Below are positions 27,801 through 41,047 of a DNA stretch of 64,000 nucleotides, in pieces. Positions within the stretch are counted from its first letter, which is position 1; each line of letters opens with the position of its first letter. The translations under genes and the position numbers were made by a program. This DNA comes from Phoronis australis (Eukaryota > Animalia > Phoronida). Below the pieces are notes generated by a model, which had not been told where the DNA came from, searched no databases, and was given only the letters and a program-made list of their open reading frames with translations. Location of the stretch: positions 260,300 to 324,299 of the forward strand of contig NMRA01000288.1 in assembly GCA_002633005.1 (NCBI GenBank). The letters are read 5' to 3'.

Positions 27801-30800
27801 CTAAAAACTAGCAATAAACCTAATGCATCTTACATTCATTTGTCTTATTAGCTCTCGGCACCGGGGGTAGAAATCAGTTGTACCCTGTTCACCTGTCTTA
27901 CCCTGAGACTCCATGATTAGCTCATAAAAGTGGCTACGATCACCGCAAGTCGAAACCTGCTTAACGGAATATCCAGTATTTTGTCAAAATCTACATCGAA
28001 ACTGAGGGTATGACATTAAGCGAGCTCCGCTGTAGTTTTAATTATTACGATGCTATGCAGCTAATATAGCTATTTTATGACATCATTAGCTCACAGCTAA
28101 GCCTCTGCTTTAAGTTGGTGGACGAATCTTTGGCCGTTGAATGATGGAAGATGGGTTGCAGCATTTCCACAATCTCACTCTGTAGACTCTCCGGCAGTCG
28201 GGAGGCAGCTTGTACAAACGGCTCAGAGTTACGGTCTGGCTGGATGGCTGAGGCCATGAGCATAAGAGCAACCTGGGAAAAGGTGAAATGGTTTTGAAGG
28301 TCATGTGTCAGTCATCATTCTTTGCTACTGGGCTGCAACCAGAACACATTATCACCCAGGACAGTGGTTCCAGATAGGGTGGCGTAATCTTGGTTTGGTC
28401 ACGTTGAATTTTAGGTGGAATAACTAAATGCAGAGTAGGCTTTGCAACGCTTTTTTTTGTTTTTCGTGATCAGCAACACTTTCTTTCAAATGATTCAGGT
28501 ATTTATTAATTCAAAGATTTTTAAACGTTATTTCTAAAATCGTTTTCAAAATATAAAGCACACCTGACTCTCATTCTTTTAAGAAAGTTTTTATATAAAA
28601 GGTAACCAGAACATGTTAACATTTCTACACAGCGATAAGCAATGAACAAATTTAAGATACTTCTTACAGCTCAAACCGTGAGAATCGCAATGCGAGGGTG
28701 AAAACCGGAACAGAACCAAAAAATTTCATAATGTTACCCTTTTGAACTTACACAGCAAAATTAACAAAGACAGTGAAACTCATCAGACTGAGTGAACAGA
28801 TAAAGCACACTGTTGTTACCTGGCTTTAAAATTTCGTAGTACGTTGGGTTTTTACGATTGAACACAAAATATACAAAATTTTGTCACCTCTAACAACTTA
28901 CATCTTGAGCCTCTTAGTACATAATTTTGTTCAAATTTTGACTATCTGACAAACTAACTTGAGATACCTTGGTAGTTTCGCTGGCATCTGCCTTGTTTAG
29001 AATAGCCTGTACATTGACCTTATTGACAGCTACCTCATTGAAGGCTGTAAAAAACAGATTGCACATTGAAAACACAGAAAATGGAGCTACAATCAATATT
29101 TCAGACTCTTCTTTAAACTTACAGTACACTTATAAGGACTTAGAAAAGCAATGACCATGAAGTCCCAATTACATTCCCACTCTAAGTTTTCTTGACCACA
29201 TCCCACAGAGCTACTATACACCGTTAATATGGAGACACAAAAACCAACAAGGAGCTGTCAGTGGACATGAACGTAATGTTGGTTTCAGTCGTTTCTCATT
29301 GTCGCACAAAAAACCTCGAGAATAGCAAGTGAACTTTTGAAGCTTTCTTTACGTTCACTGTATTGTCAGTGATTCTAACCCGGAAATAAAACCAGATCAC
29401 ATGACACAGATTACGACAACCGCCTGCAGCAGTGGATTGTGGGTAACAGTTGGTTACCCGATATTTGCGAGGTCGTGTTTTCATAACACAACATCAAAAC
29501 AGCGACAACTCACTTGTTAGCAGAACTTGAAGGTTTTCATATTTAGGCATACACGTTGATATGCTTAGTGAAGTGTATAAAGAAGCAAAATAGACAAAAA
29601 AATAATTAAGAAGTCATTCTATAATCTCAACATGTCACTTAGACCAGGTATTCCAGGTATATCAGCAACTTCCAACTGGAGTTTTCCCGTCCCACACATT
29701 GAATGCTACAGTGCACCGTCAACACAGGGACAACAAAACCAAAAAGTAGATGTCTTGAGTCAGTAGACATGAATGTGAAGAGTCCACATCAATCGTCTCT
29801 CATGCTTCTCACCAGTAGAAAGCCTCTTTTCTTGTGCCTAATTCAGGAGGCGCACAATGGCCAAACCTAGTTCAAATTACAGACAACATGTGTTGCTCTA
29901 GTAAAACATCTCATTTTAGAAAAACGTTCTTACCTTTAAGGTACTTGATGATGAAAATGTAACGCTCATCAATACCTCTTTTGTCTAAATTATTTGGGAG
30001 ACAAGTAGGATCTCTGGAATAGCAAAGATCAAACAGAATTACGTGAGGCACCTTTGAACTGCAGCAACATTCAATAGCCACAGCCCCCCTTTCGAAGTAT
30101 TAAAGCTACAGTCGCACTAATGGAGTCACCTCAATCTCTGCAGGGTCAGGCTTAGAATGTGAATGAGAGGACAAGTAGACGCACTTTGTGGAGATCTTGG
30201 TTTTTCATAACAGAAAATGGATGAAATTCCCAGATCAAATTTCTTTCAAGAAATTAGAGGGTTAGAACGGAATTCATTGAGCAGTTGTAAATATCAGAAT
30301 TCTAATATTTTAGGCCTATAACTTCAAAACAGTAAAAACTCGATCAATCAAATTTGTGACCTGAAACCAATTCTGGTCGCAGTTTGACTTACAATTACTT
30401 CGCAGCAAACAAGTTCTAGTAATTTTCTAAAAGTGACCCCTTTTCCCGGTTTACTGCTACTTACAGAACATGGCATACAGTAACATCATGGTAAAACCAA
30501 CTTGTGATTTACCAATTAGAAATAGTAGAATGGATTTGCTAATGTTTACAGAATAGAAAAATGCAGAATTTTGGATTTACAACGTATTTCTCTTCTTGAC
30601 TACAGAAAACTTGTGTCTAACTCTGGTAATTTACTGTGTGGTAGCTGTTAATGAGAAAATTGTGGGAATGTTGTGCTCAGGGGCGAATCCTGCAACAGAA
30701 GTCCTAGCCACCTCGGTCCGTTGCAAATGCTTAACCAATCCCAAGCATCACCCACAAGGTGGTTCAAAGCTGGTGGTACTTACATGAGATGTAACAGCCT

Positions 30801-31945
30801 TATGAACAACTGGCCATCAGTGAGATCAGAGAAGGACGTGACCGGCTGGGAGTCAGGCAGCAGCAAGTGAGATGCACATACCGTGTTTATCTGTAATAGC
30901 AATATCATAAAGGTTCCCAAAGATATCAAGTACTAATGGATGTCAGGCAATGCAATCCCCTCTTTAGAATTTTTAGCAAAAATAATGAACTTGCAAATTG
31001 CAAAACGTGCAGTCAATGGAAGTACAATAAAATCTTGCCAATTTGGGACAAAAATGATTGCCAAAATTGACCTATTTTCATTTTTTTCAATACTTTGATT
31101 GCCCATAATCTCTGAAAGCATTATCTAATGGCACTGAGCTATGGTATAGAACGGGTAAGTGACGGAGCGTTTATTTGGTGCTACATGTTTTTGTGAAAAA
31201 AAAATCAAATAAAAAAAGGTCAGTCTCAAGTCACAAACATCGGTTACTCAGCACACTCTAACTCCTTCTAGCTCAGTAACGAACCGTTTGAAATTACACA
31301 CATGACAGAATGTATTGATTTAATGGCAATAAGCAATACGCAGGCAATTCACAGATATAATGACACTATTCACAAGTCCTTTAAACACCATCAGTAGTTA
31401 AAATTTAAAATCAAAGTAATTACGTAAAAAACAAAGATCTAATGAAAAGTCTATGGTTATAGAGTCATTTTCACACACATAATTGTTATCACAACTGATG
31501 CTTTGATTAAAACCTTTGCTGGACTGTATTTTCCATTGGTGACTTTTTAAAAGCATCTGGACTTTTGAATGATGTATTTTTTATGGTAAACACACAACAT
31601 TGACTGTTAGCTTCGATTTAAAGCACCAGAATTCGTGTTTGGCAAATAAGGCCTCCACGTTCAAAATTGAGAATTTTGTATGTCATACATCGAACCGAAC
31701 AATGACCTTTGATCCACTCACCAAGTCTCCATGATTACGAATCAGATTTTCCCTGGAAACCACATAAAATAATTTCTGCTACTATTCTTAAAGAATGCAA
31801 CGACGCACTGCTTTCAGAATTTTCTGTACCTGGGTCAAAGATCATGATTCGTCTCAATAAAATGGGAAAACATGAAAATAATGTTGGCATATTAAGTACC
31901 TACCCATTTTTTCAAAGCTTCCTGTTTGGTTGGAGTGGGATCCAT
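6817..31945 (-). CDS. NUMA1: Nuclear mitotic apparatus protein (NuMA/Mud/LIN-5 family), about 1668 aa, 27 coding exons
   Basis: Minus-strand coding exons: 31945-31904, 30890-30784, 30013-29934, 29044-28968, 28272-28095, 27358-27231, 26273-26232, 25071-24948, 24065-23948, 23510-23405, 23112-22908, 20866-20745, 20410-18632, 18026-17667, 17044-16956, 16508-16412, 16245-16047, 14931-14837, 14288-14151, 13540-13348, 12929-12836, 12227-12163, 11490-11385, 11207-11060, 10312-10142, 8503-8402, 6858-6817. All introns are GT-AG with consistent phases. The protein has an N-terminal Hook/CH-like head (MDPTPTKQEALKKWINT..SDLTDGQLFIRLLHLI), a long coiled coil, and the diagnostic LGN-binding/NLM segment FSSEDEPDDFDWGRLGELQRRNTLCLPHLRTSYAVE plus SIAFEIGNTPK. 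Confidence 0.9.
9385..9590 (-). repeat. Dispersed repeat, copy 2 (same family as 4900-5103), in a NuMA intron
   Basis: Reverse-complement similarity to 4900-5103, including a 22-nt identical block. Confidence 0.6.
10347..10655. repeat. Two tandem copies of a ~150-bp MITE-like unit
   Basis: The blocks TTGAAACTTGACT..TGACCA..CATGT(T/A)ACGCTT..AAATTTG..ATATCTGAGT..CTGAGTTCAG occur at about 10370-10487 and again at about 10517-10637. Confidence 0.6.
11318..11375. repeat. (CAATA)n microsatellite
   Basis: Imperfect CAATA pentamer run in a short NuMA intron. Confidence 0.7.
11579..11792. repeat. Minisatellite, 49-bp unit, about 4.3 copies
   Basis: GACTGTATAATTATTTAGAATTCAGG(A/T)TCCAACAGGACTGGGACATGTA recurs at 11581, 11630, 11679, 11728 and 11777 (partial). 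Confidence 0.95.
15708..15910 (+). mobile_element. tRNA-derived SINE (degenerate)
   Basis: A-box-like TGGCCTGTTGG and B-box-like GAGCTCAAATCC, then CACTGCTAGA. The head is homologous to 61600-61752 (-) and the later part to about 46040-46090 (GAGGGGAAAGGTGCCTGT). Confidence 0.6.
21531..22273. mobile_element. Non-autonomous DNA transposon (MITE), ~740 bp
   Basis: Terminal inverted repeats of about 35 bp: AGGGCTGTTCCAGCAAAATCTGTATGGGAGGGGGG ... CCCCCCTCCCACACGGATTTTACTGGAACAGCCCT. No coding capacity. Confidence 0.8.
25811..25968. repeat. Local tandem duplication (period 82 bp)
   Basis: TTCATGCGGGTATGTTTTTG...GAATGCATAAA at 25811 and again at 25893. Confidence 0.9.
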
Positions 31946-34098
31946 AGTTTTAAGTCCTCATCGACTGCAAATCCAAAAGAAATTTTTAATACTAAATGCA
32001 CAGTGATGACAGTGTCTCACACATTTCAAAGTACGAAAAAAGCTGAAATTTAGCTTAAGTCAGTCCCATGCAAAACGTAAAAGACACAGACAAGAGGTAG
32101 TGTCACAATTACTAATAAGGTCTAGGATCTAACCTTAGTTCATTCAAAGTGTGATACGTAACTGGTGAATTTTCATTTCATTCCAGAACACGCCTGTTGC
32201 AGCATTAATTAGAACACGCAGTTTTATGCACGATGAGTGTCGGACAGACCTTAATCTCACCAAACATACACCATGACACAAATTTACACACCCAATTAAG
32301 GACACCCTGTACAACATTTGGATGTCCTAGTAACTGTAAGTATAACGGTTTGTGAGCACACTGGTCTGTCCCGAGGCGAATAAGAAGTTAGTTCAGGTAT
32401 GATGTATTTTCTTGCAGACTCGTGTCTCCAGAGTAACATATCACATAATAAACACCAATTTGACTTGTGCTCATAAAAACTTGCGTCATTGGTCATGGAC
32501 ACCCTGAGAAATTAGGAAACGTATTTTGGACACCCTGTTTCCCTATTTTTGGAATCTTGGAAGGGCTCAGTTTGGCAACCTGCAGGAGACATTGTTTGGC
32601 GAGCTGATCTTATCAATAAAATCCCAAATCGCCATCAAGTTACTGCACACAGTCACACACGCACACGCACACACATCTGAGCACGTGCTCAAAATACTGC
32701 AGGAAAAAAACAGATGGGAGTTGGCCCCCGTTCTCGACTCATGCACAAACGTGTCCTTGATTTTTCACACTGTGTGTAGGATAGAAAGGTGGGCAACAAA
32801 AAACTTGACGAAAACAACAAAAATACCACTAGGTGACATAACGTTTTTCAAAATACCCATTTGAAACAGATCTCAAACTGACGTCTACATGGTAGTAACT
32901 TATTTGCAAAATTGCACGCATCCTACTCATGGCCAACTTGAAGTAACATAGGTCTTACTAGCGTGAACTTTGGTAGGTCACAATTTCCAGTAAAAACTTT
33001 TTTGAATACCGGGTAATCGTTCTTCTTTATAGGAAGTTATTTAATTACCGGTAATTAATTATGAGCATTAAAATACTAAATACAAATATTGTTATAGTTC
33101 TAAATTGTTTTTTGTGAAATTACTTATACTATAATAAATGTTGATAATAAAACATTTCATTTTGCTTGTGGCACTCTAGTCAGAGTGATACTCAACTACA
33201 AGGATATGCTTAGCCACTCGCCAACTGTGTTGGGCGAGAGGAAGTTCACTGGCCAGTCGCTTAGGTAGCGAGGAAATTTTCAGAGAGCAGCTGCACTCTG
33301 TCATTTCCCAGCTTTTCCCAGAGTTCAAATGAATAAAGTCCCCCCCCTCCCCATTGTTTTTATCCTGAATTCATGGTTAATGTTGGTCCGCGCCTCGGTG
33401 CTCCAGCAGTAAAAAACATCGACCCAGTGCCCTCGATCCAAGCCAATGAATGTTAAATTTAATATGATTCAACTAGACAAAAGGTCACAGAGGGTACAAG
33501 GCGTTTTTGTGAAACAATACTGAGGGCTTACTGCCGCTTACTGGTGAACAAAATTCGTACACAAATTATTGGCATTAGTTTTGAGACATTGTTGTTATTC
33601 AGTGAAAACCGTTTCCCAGCAGCCATTATTAAGAGGGGCCCATTAACTCCACTTTTACAGGCTCATGGTCCAGTTGAGACAGTGGTTAGCCTACTGTCTA
33701 GCAGTAGCAGTTCAAACTCTACGGTAGAGTCTACCATCCAAAATTCATAATTTCATTCGGCTCGGTTTTCAGATTATCAGATATCAACCAGCTTTGCTAC
33801 AACTTTCAAAATTGGTGCAAGATAAAGCATGGCCAACACTTGACGACTATGAGAAAAGTTTACTCACCTATTCTAAGACTGTCCAACTTCTTGTTTGGTA
33901 AATTATTAGCAAAGTGACTCCGAAATGAAAACGACTCGGAAGTGGGACACTGACTCTGTCCGTCACTTACCTGCTGATTGCAGCCCATTCCAAAAACATT
34001 TGATAAACTGGCCCTCTGAATATGCTTATTTGTCGTTGCATTATCACAGATATTAACTCCAAGCAACGTGTAATTATTAAAAATGGTTTTATACTTAC

Positions 34099-34195
34099 TT
34101 GAAACCAATCGAAGGCCAGTAAAGTAAAATCGTCGGTAATTATTGTTGGGAAACTCCGAGTTTGAAAATGGCGGTTACAGTCTCGTTTTCAAATA
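34099..34195 (-). promoter_or_regulatory. Putative NuMA promoter and non-coding first exon
   Basis: Minus-strand donor GTAAGT starting at 34098. YY1-like CCGCCATTTT (34165-34174 on the minus strand) is flanked by TTTGAA CHR-like hexamers on both strands. The ATG exon has its own acceptor (31965-31966), so an upstream UTR exon is needed. Confidence 0.5.
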
Positions 34196-37100
34196 ACAAC
34201 AAATGTGTCGTTACGCCCTCTATTGCTCTATTGCTCAAAGGAGTGCGCTCAGATCAAGGAGTGTAATATTTACTCTCCTTGCTCAGATCACGGTCCAGCA
34301 GTGTGTAAGAATAAAAAATACTTATTTCATGGGGCATATTCCTGTTTGTGTATTATACTGTGTTCGTCGATCCTCAGGAAACAGCACACCCCAAATCATA
34401 AACCCATGAGTATCCCGGCGTTGACACCTTAATTAGCATAACACAGGCATTTCACTGAATGACCATTGAACTGTGGTTGGAGTACTATAAAACAATTCGA
34501 ACTTTTAATTGTGTGATCTATACGAGCGCTCATAGGCCAACGAGAGTCGACAGCCATCCTCAGCTAGGCTGTTGTCAAGGCTGTGCAATCAGATCCTTCA
34601 TGAAACCGCCGAAGCCAACTCATTGTCCCGCGAAGGGCGGTCAAAGAAATTTCAAGTACTTTTGGTGCCCGTGTTGGACTATTGTTAAAAAATCAATTTC
34701 GGTACTGGAACCCGGCCAGAAACTTTAGTCCGGCTTCAGCGAAAATGTGCATTGCAAGAGAAACAGTCTACACTATAATTATAATTCATGAGTCATGTAT
34801 TACATTCCAACCAACTGAGGAAATCTTCTAGAGCACAAGAATTACGACCTTTTTTGCGGCATGCCGTTAGCAGGCTGGTGGACTTTAGACCGGCCGTCTG
34901 CGGCTAGATTGAGCAAGAGGTCCCCAACAACTATGAACGGCGTTGAGACTTTCAATGAAACGCCAGTATTTCTCCAGTGCCGGACCTCTCTCTTCCTCAG
35001 CGGCAAGGGATTATGGAATCAACAGTCACCATTTCTGCGTTCAAGTGATGGGACCCCCGACTGAGCATCCCAATAATAACAACAGCACATTTGCGGCTTA
35101 TTCTTTTGAAGTCTGGTGTCTTTTAATCTGAGGGGTCTTTATTCGTAGGGGTTGGGGTGGTTTCTTTTCATATTTTCAAGAAGACCACTCATGGATTGTC
35201 CGCTGATGGAATCAATGTCAAGTCACTCATCGACTTCTGCCGGATTTCGCCTTTTTTGTCTCAGCCCGCCAAAGGATTCAGTCTCCCTTTACTTGATCAT
35301 GGATAATGGCAATTAAGTAAAATTTCAAATTGACCCCGCAAAATTACGAACCTCATTAGAAACATAATTAACAAACTGTGAAACTGTATTAAAAAAGATA
35401 TGCATTGACCTGAATGGCCGAAAGGATGCCAAGGGTTTGACAAGTCTGAAGACCACTATACATGTAGATGGTTTTGTTATGACAAAGGTATGGATACGTA
35501 TTTAACCTGCTCTGTAAGAATGAAGTTCCAGTTCATTCCACCCTGTTTAGATATCTGAAAACGAAAATCAAGTCGGTCTCACAGTATACCGCGATAGGAT
35601 TCTGTTTCCATTGCAAAAAAGAACAGCGAAACCATCAGCGCCAAAAGAAAGTGCTTCAGACTCTGGGGTTAAAGTTGAATTGGCCAACCATTTAGCGCAC
35701 TTGGAAATAGCGCATGTGGTAACCTACCTGGAACCCTATCACGGTAAGGAATATTATGAAATTGATTTCATGAGCGTATAGAAGGTGTAATTCAAGTAAA
35801 ACGGCCGGCCTAAACAACCAAAAATGATTGGAATGACAAATACAACTGGATAAACCTCCAAGACGACACTGAGGATGATTGTAAAGTTTTACGACATTTT
35901 CCTATTGTATCATAAGAAAAGCATTTCTTTTGAACATCGTTACCACTAGGAGTTGCCAAGTTTGAAAGGAACTCGAACAAGTCTCAACAGACTCGGTTCG
36001 GCCGGGGCACGAGTTTCTGATAATAATAGTGACAATAATAACTTTATTTTGATCGAGAGGCCACCTGCCTACAGTTCACAATTAAACTTCATATACATGT
36101 GTACGCAGCCTACAAACAACTTTGAAAGTTAACATCTCTCAGCCTTTGTGTGAATTCCGACACTAAAAATGTTGTCCATCACTGACTCCCTGGTTCAACC
36201 ATACAAGATCGAAACCAATTGTATACAACAATTTTGGGTACACCAATTATTTTGACCGTGCAATTATTTTGCATTTTCAAAAAAAATATCCTATAGGCCT
36301 ACACCTATAGACACTGACAGATAAATTATGACGGTCACACTCTCACTTTAATTGCCGGTGCCATCATGGCGTTGGTCGATCGTCTTAATACCAGGAGACA
36401 GTAACTGTTTGAACATTTTCAATTTCTTTTCTATGGCTCCTACATGCGGGAACCCAGCCTAAAATATAGGGGGGCTACATTTTTTCAGTATGTGGACCTT
36501 TTACTGAAAAAAAATCTGGGACCAAAAAACAGGATAAGCCTACTATACCGCTCACACCCCGGAATTGTGCGTTCGCACCGAATTCCTGTGGACTTTTGTC
36601 TCGTTTTCTCGGACTTTTTGTTTCTCTGAGACGGACTTTTGACCACTTCGACAAATGGGGGGCTCGTTCGAGTGCACACATAGCGCCGCCGGTATACGGT
36701 ACCAAAACTTTGGGTGCTATAAAGCTAACCGTAATAATGTGTCTCTTCTACTTCCCATTTGACAAACTGAGCTAATGATTCACCAAATTCATGGCAAATC
36801 GACTGAGTAAATGATTTTTTGACGAATGATTTCTGTGAACTACGGTTTCGGCACATATAGGCTGCCCCGGCGCCGGCCTCACTCAGGTCACCGGTTGTGC
36901 CACCCGGCCCGGCGGCGCGAGACGGCGGTGCCGCGGGGCATTGACACTCCGACTCACCAATATATAGGAAGCACCGGCACTAAACGAAATTTAGTGGTGA
37001 TGGAAGGGGGTCGAAGACGAATTCGTAGTTTGAAGGTCTGTACCTCACAATCTTTAGCGCCGAGGGACCCTTCATGTTCCTCAGATCAGTCTCAAGCCCA

Positions 37101-38542
37101 TGCACGTAGACCTATAGTGGCCCCCGGACCGGCCCGCCGGTCATTAGTGCAGGGGGGCTCTGGGATCGTTATTTCCTCAGAACAATAAAACTTCACTGAC
37201 TGCCGTGAAGGGTTCAACTAGGGTTGGTACCCTAATTTTGCCGCTCTGTATCACCTTTGGAGTTGTCCTGAATCCCGGCCGGTCGGCAGCCGAGCCTGGT
37301 CCCCCGGCGACGCTTGAGACGCGGGATCTGGCCAAATTTTTCAAAATGATCTGTCAGATTCTTGAATTTTTAATTCGATTACCAACTGGCTGCAGTTATT
37401 GTTCGGACTTTTTGTAAATTGATCTTTCTAATTTTGAATGTGCAGCCGACAACCACGGCCGTCTGTCCTACGCTGGTCGAGACGGCCGGCGGAATGTGTT
37501 TGAAAAGATCATGTGGAGGTTTTCTCGCTTACACTGCCTGGTCACCGCTCTGAGCCCCAGACAACTTTTCCTATTCAGCTAGCCCTATAATTATATTGAT
37601 GTAGATCTGAGCTAATGAAGTGGAAAGATAATAGCTAGCTCTACTTTCTTAACAATGGTGGTCCTTATTACTGACACCCAAATTGTTTTTCTCTGGCATT
37701 TGTACAGATCGAGTTAAAGTCTGTAATGTGGAGAGCAGTTTTAATTTAGTCATTTTAAATATTACGAAAAGACTAAAAAGTTTATTTGCGTTGATCTTGA
37801 CAAAGGGCCACTTCCCAAAGGAACATGGTTTTAAATGTTTCATACCTGTTTTCATTACTTTAATTTAATACTCCTGTCTACTAGTCGTTTTTCTCACGGG
37901 AGTTAAAGTTGCATCGTTTTATAAACGAAGTATCAAAACAACTTAGAAGTCAGTTAATTGTGATCCCATCCCTGAATTTTCCAGATTACAGCTACACCAA
38001 ACATGTCACAGCAAACAAAACTACGTACACGTGCCATTAGTTCAAGTTCAATTTTTATTGAAACTCAAATCATAAAATATGAAGTGCAAATGTGCATGGT
38101 GATAGCCAAGCTGAAGATTTAAAACCTCTGGACAACTTTTGGTTGCAGTAACTACATAACTATTGTAGCTTTTTCTCATTCATAAAAAATGAAATCACAG
38201 CTCTTGCCCACCGACCAACCTCTCCCATTGGTTGCACTCTCTCGGCGTTGACGACAAAGCTAGCCATATCTTAGTCAGTTGTCTTCAGAGGTGTATACAA
38301 GCTAGTATCGAAATTGGCGCATTTTCTCGAATAACAGTTTTCCGTTTAGTGTACTACTCCAGGAGTAGTTCGGTATGCACCGAGCTTTAAAAGCGATTGT
38401 TTAAAAGTTATTGACATCTAATTTGGTCACTCATATGAGTGTGTTGTTTGTTTCAATGTGGCTTAGTTGTATTAAAAGAATGCCACCGTGATCGAAAACC
38501 AAACTTGGTTGTGTTTTTCCATTTGAATACCGGTACAGTTGT

Positions 38543-39503
38543 GGTATTTTTTTTAATGAAAACTGTTGGTTAATGCATGTTTGAAAATTCGCCAGTGTAT
38601 ACAGGCAGAGATGTTTGCTATAGGTTTGGGTCTTGCTCGTACCAGACAATGCGGTCATCGCGGCAATCATCGTCGGACAGTCCCATGGATTCTGGCGCCG
38701 TGCTCTCTCTGATCCCGGTAAAAGCCGCTCAGAAGGACGAGTGGTGAAAAGTCACGCATATCTTCAGAAATGCGTGACTTTCGTGTACGCGGATTATTCA
38801 CGGCATATGTTGAGTAGACACCTAACCGTTCAGTTATGTGCAGCCCGTTTGACCAAAGATAGGTCATTCACTCGGGCCAACCGATTGACAACACCACAGA
38901 CGTGCTATAGCTTAATTCTGATCGTGCCCAATAATTTTGATGTAGGTGTTGGAAGTTTCACGAGTTAACCTTATTGCTCAGTAAATAATCGTAAAACTTG
39001 TTTTTTTTTTGTCCTCACTGGNGGTATTTTTTTTAATGAAAACTGTTGGTTAATGCATGTTTGAAAATTCGCCAGTCAATACAGGCAGAGATGTTTGCTA
39101 TAGGTTTGGGTCTTGCTCGTACTGGACAATGCGGTCATCGCGGCAATCATCGTCGGACAGTCCCATGGATTCTGGCGCCGTGCTCTCTCTGATCCCGGTA
39201 AAAGCCGCTCAGAAGGACGAGTGGTGAAAAGTCACGCATATCTTCAGAAATGCGTGACTTTCGTGTACTACGCGGATTATTCACGGCATATGTTGAGTAG
39301 ACACCTAACCGTTCAGTTATGTGCAGCCCGTTTGACCAAAGATAGGTCATTCACTCGGGCCAACCGATTGACAACACCACAGACGTGCTATAGCTTAATT
39401 CTGATCGTGCCCAATAATTTTGATGTAGGTGTTGGAAGTTTCACGAGTTAACCTTATTGCTCAGTAAATAATCGTAAAACTTGTTTTTTTTTGTCCTCAC
39501 TGG
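38543..39503. repeat. ~480-bp direct duplication joined by a single N (probable allelic-overlap assembly artefact)
   Basis: 38543-39021 and 39023-39503 are near-identical, with a few SNPs and a 3-bp indel, and are separated by the N at 39022. Confidence 0.85.
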
Positions 39504-39752
39504 CACAACTATGCTCACTAACTCGGTTTGTTGTTCAGTTATGCAAGGCAGTTCAAATTTGATTATCTCTTCCTGCTAACATGCGCTAAAATGTAACGTT
39601 CGGTACTTCGATCGCTTGTTTTACTTGAAACGAAGAAGAATATGGAGACCAGTACTAGACATCTTATCGGATATCTGTGATCATGGGGACGAGAAGACTG
39701 GTGTCATAGCCCACTTGACCGTGGGCGATCGCCAGGCGCGCGCTTTACCCGG

Positions 39753-39803
39753 GTGGTGTATTGCAGAACTAAATCTAAAAGATTTAGTTCTATAATACAC
39801 CAC
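39753..39803. repeat. Near-perfect 51-bp palindrome/hairpin
   Basis: GTGGTGTATTGCAGAACTAAATCT-AAA-AGATTTAGTTCTATAATACACCAC. Confidence 0.85.
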
Positions 39804-40009
39804 TAGCTCGAAAACAATGGTGAAATTATACAACATTAAAAAAGTAAACGAATATAATACTTCAATGTAAATTTAATTCAAATAAGTTTAAAAGTAATGT
39901 TAATTGTAAAAAATATCGAAAAACAATTTATTTTCCAAAAACGATCCTTGAATTTTTGAAATAAATTATCGAGCTGGTTTGTCTGTCAATATTTGGCAAG
40001 CTGGGGGTC

Positions 40010-40111
40010 TGAGCCTGCGCAGTACTCGTGACGCCATGCTGGGAGTTAGCTGTTGACTGTTCTGTCAGGTTAACTGTAGGAAATTCCATTTGTTCCATTC
40101 AGACTGATTTA
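40010..40111 (+). promoter_or_regulatory. Candidate GLIS2 promoter and 5' UTR exon
   Basis: NRF1-like GCCTGCGCAGT and a GCCAT motif are followed by a consensus donor GTAAGT at 40112. The GLIS2 ATG exon starts with an acceptor at 44529-44530, so an upstream exon is required. Confidence 0.35.
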
Positions 40112-40702
40112 GTAAGTATTGTTTTAAATATATAGTCAGGGGGATAAACCATTCCATGACACGAACAAACTTGTTAACTATAGCAATCTGGGATACCCTG
40201 CCTTACGTCAAGCCAGGCCCGCGCTCACCAGCCGACCTACACGGGTCCTACACCTGGGTAGGGAGGACAACGTTTTTTAAATTTTTTTTACAATACCCAT
40301 GTGTCTTACATTTTTGAAAAGCCCTTGGTGTGAGAAATGAAATGGTGCAAAAATCAGAAAAATTGGATGAGCGGTTGACGAGAAAATGGCCGTTGAAACG
40401 CGACGATTATGCGTAAAATATCTGCCTTTTTACATAATTTCGTAAAAAATAAAAGAATATACATGTGCTGCATATAAAAAGATTCGTCTAATTGAGACAA
40501 ACATGGTGGTGTGTATTATATAAAATTTGGATAGATTTCTACAGAGATGTTGCTGTTTAAGTGTGTTGTTAGCATATAGAACAGGCTCATCATGTTTGAT
40601 GAAAACAATGGATTACACAGCTTAAAAGGTAAAGAGCAAAGACACCACATCAGCTCAGAAATAAATACATCTGAGCTAGGAGGAAATTTCACATCAAATC
40701 AC

Positions 40703-41047
40703 NNNNNNNNNNNNNNNNNNNNNNNNNNNNNNNNNNNNNNNNNNNNNNNNNNNNNNNNNNNNNNNNNNNNNNNNNNNNNNNNNNNNNNNNNNNNNNNNNN
40801 NNNNNNNNNNNNNNNNNNNNNNNNNNNNNNNNNNNNNNNNNNNNNNNNNNNNNNNNNNNNNNNNNNNNNNNNNNNNNNNNNNNNNNNNNNNNNNNNNNNN
40901 NNNNNNNNNNNNNNNNNNNNNNNNNNNNNNNNNNNNNNNNNNNNNNNNNNNNNNNNNNNNNNNNNNNNNNNNNNNNNNNNNNNNNNNNNNNNNNNNNNNN
41001 NNNNNNNNNNNNNNNNNNNNNNNNNNNNNNNNNNNNNNNNNNNNNNN
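40703..41047. other. Assembly gap (345 N)
   Basis: Run of Ns. Confidence 1.

Noticed and set aside
38633-39451. Duplicated 111/112-aa ORF pair
   Set aside because: No ATG start, no recognisable domain, and it lies in a probable assembly duplication.
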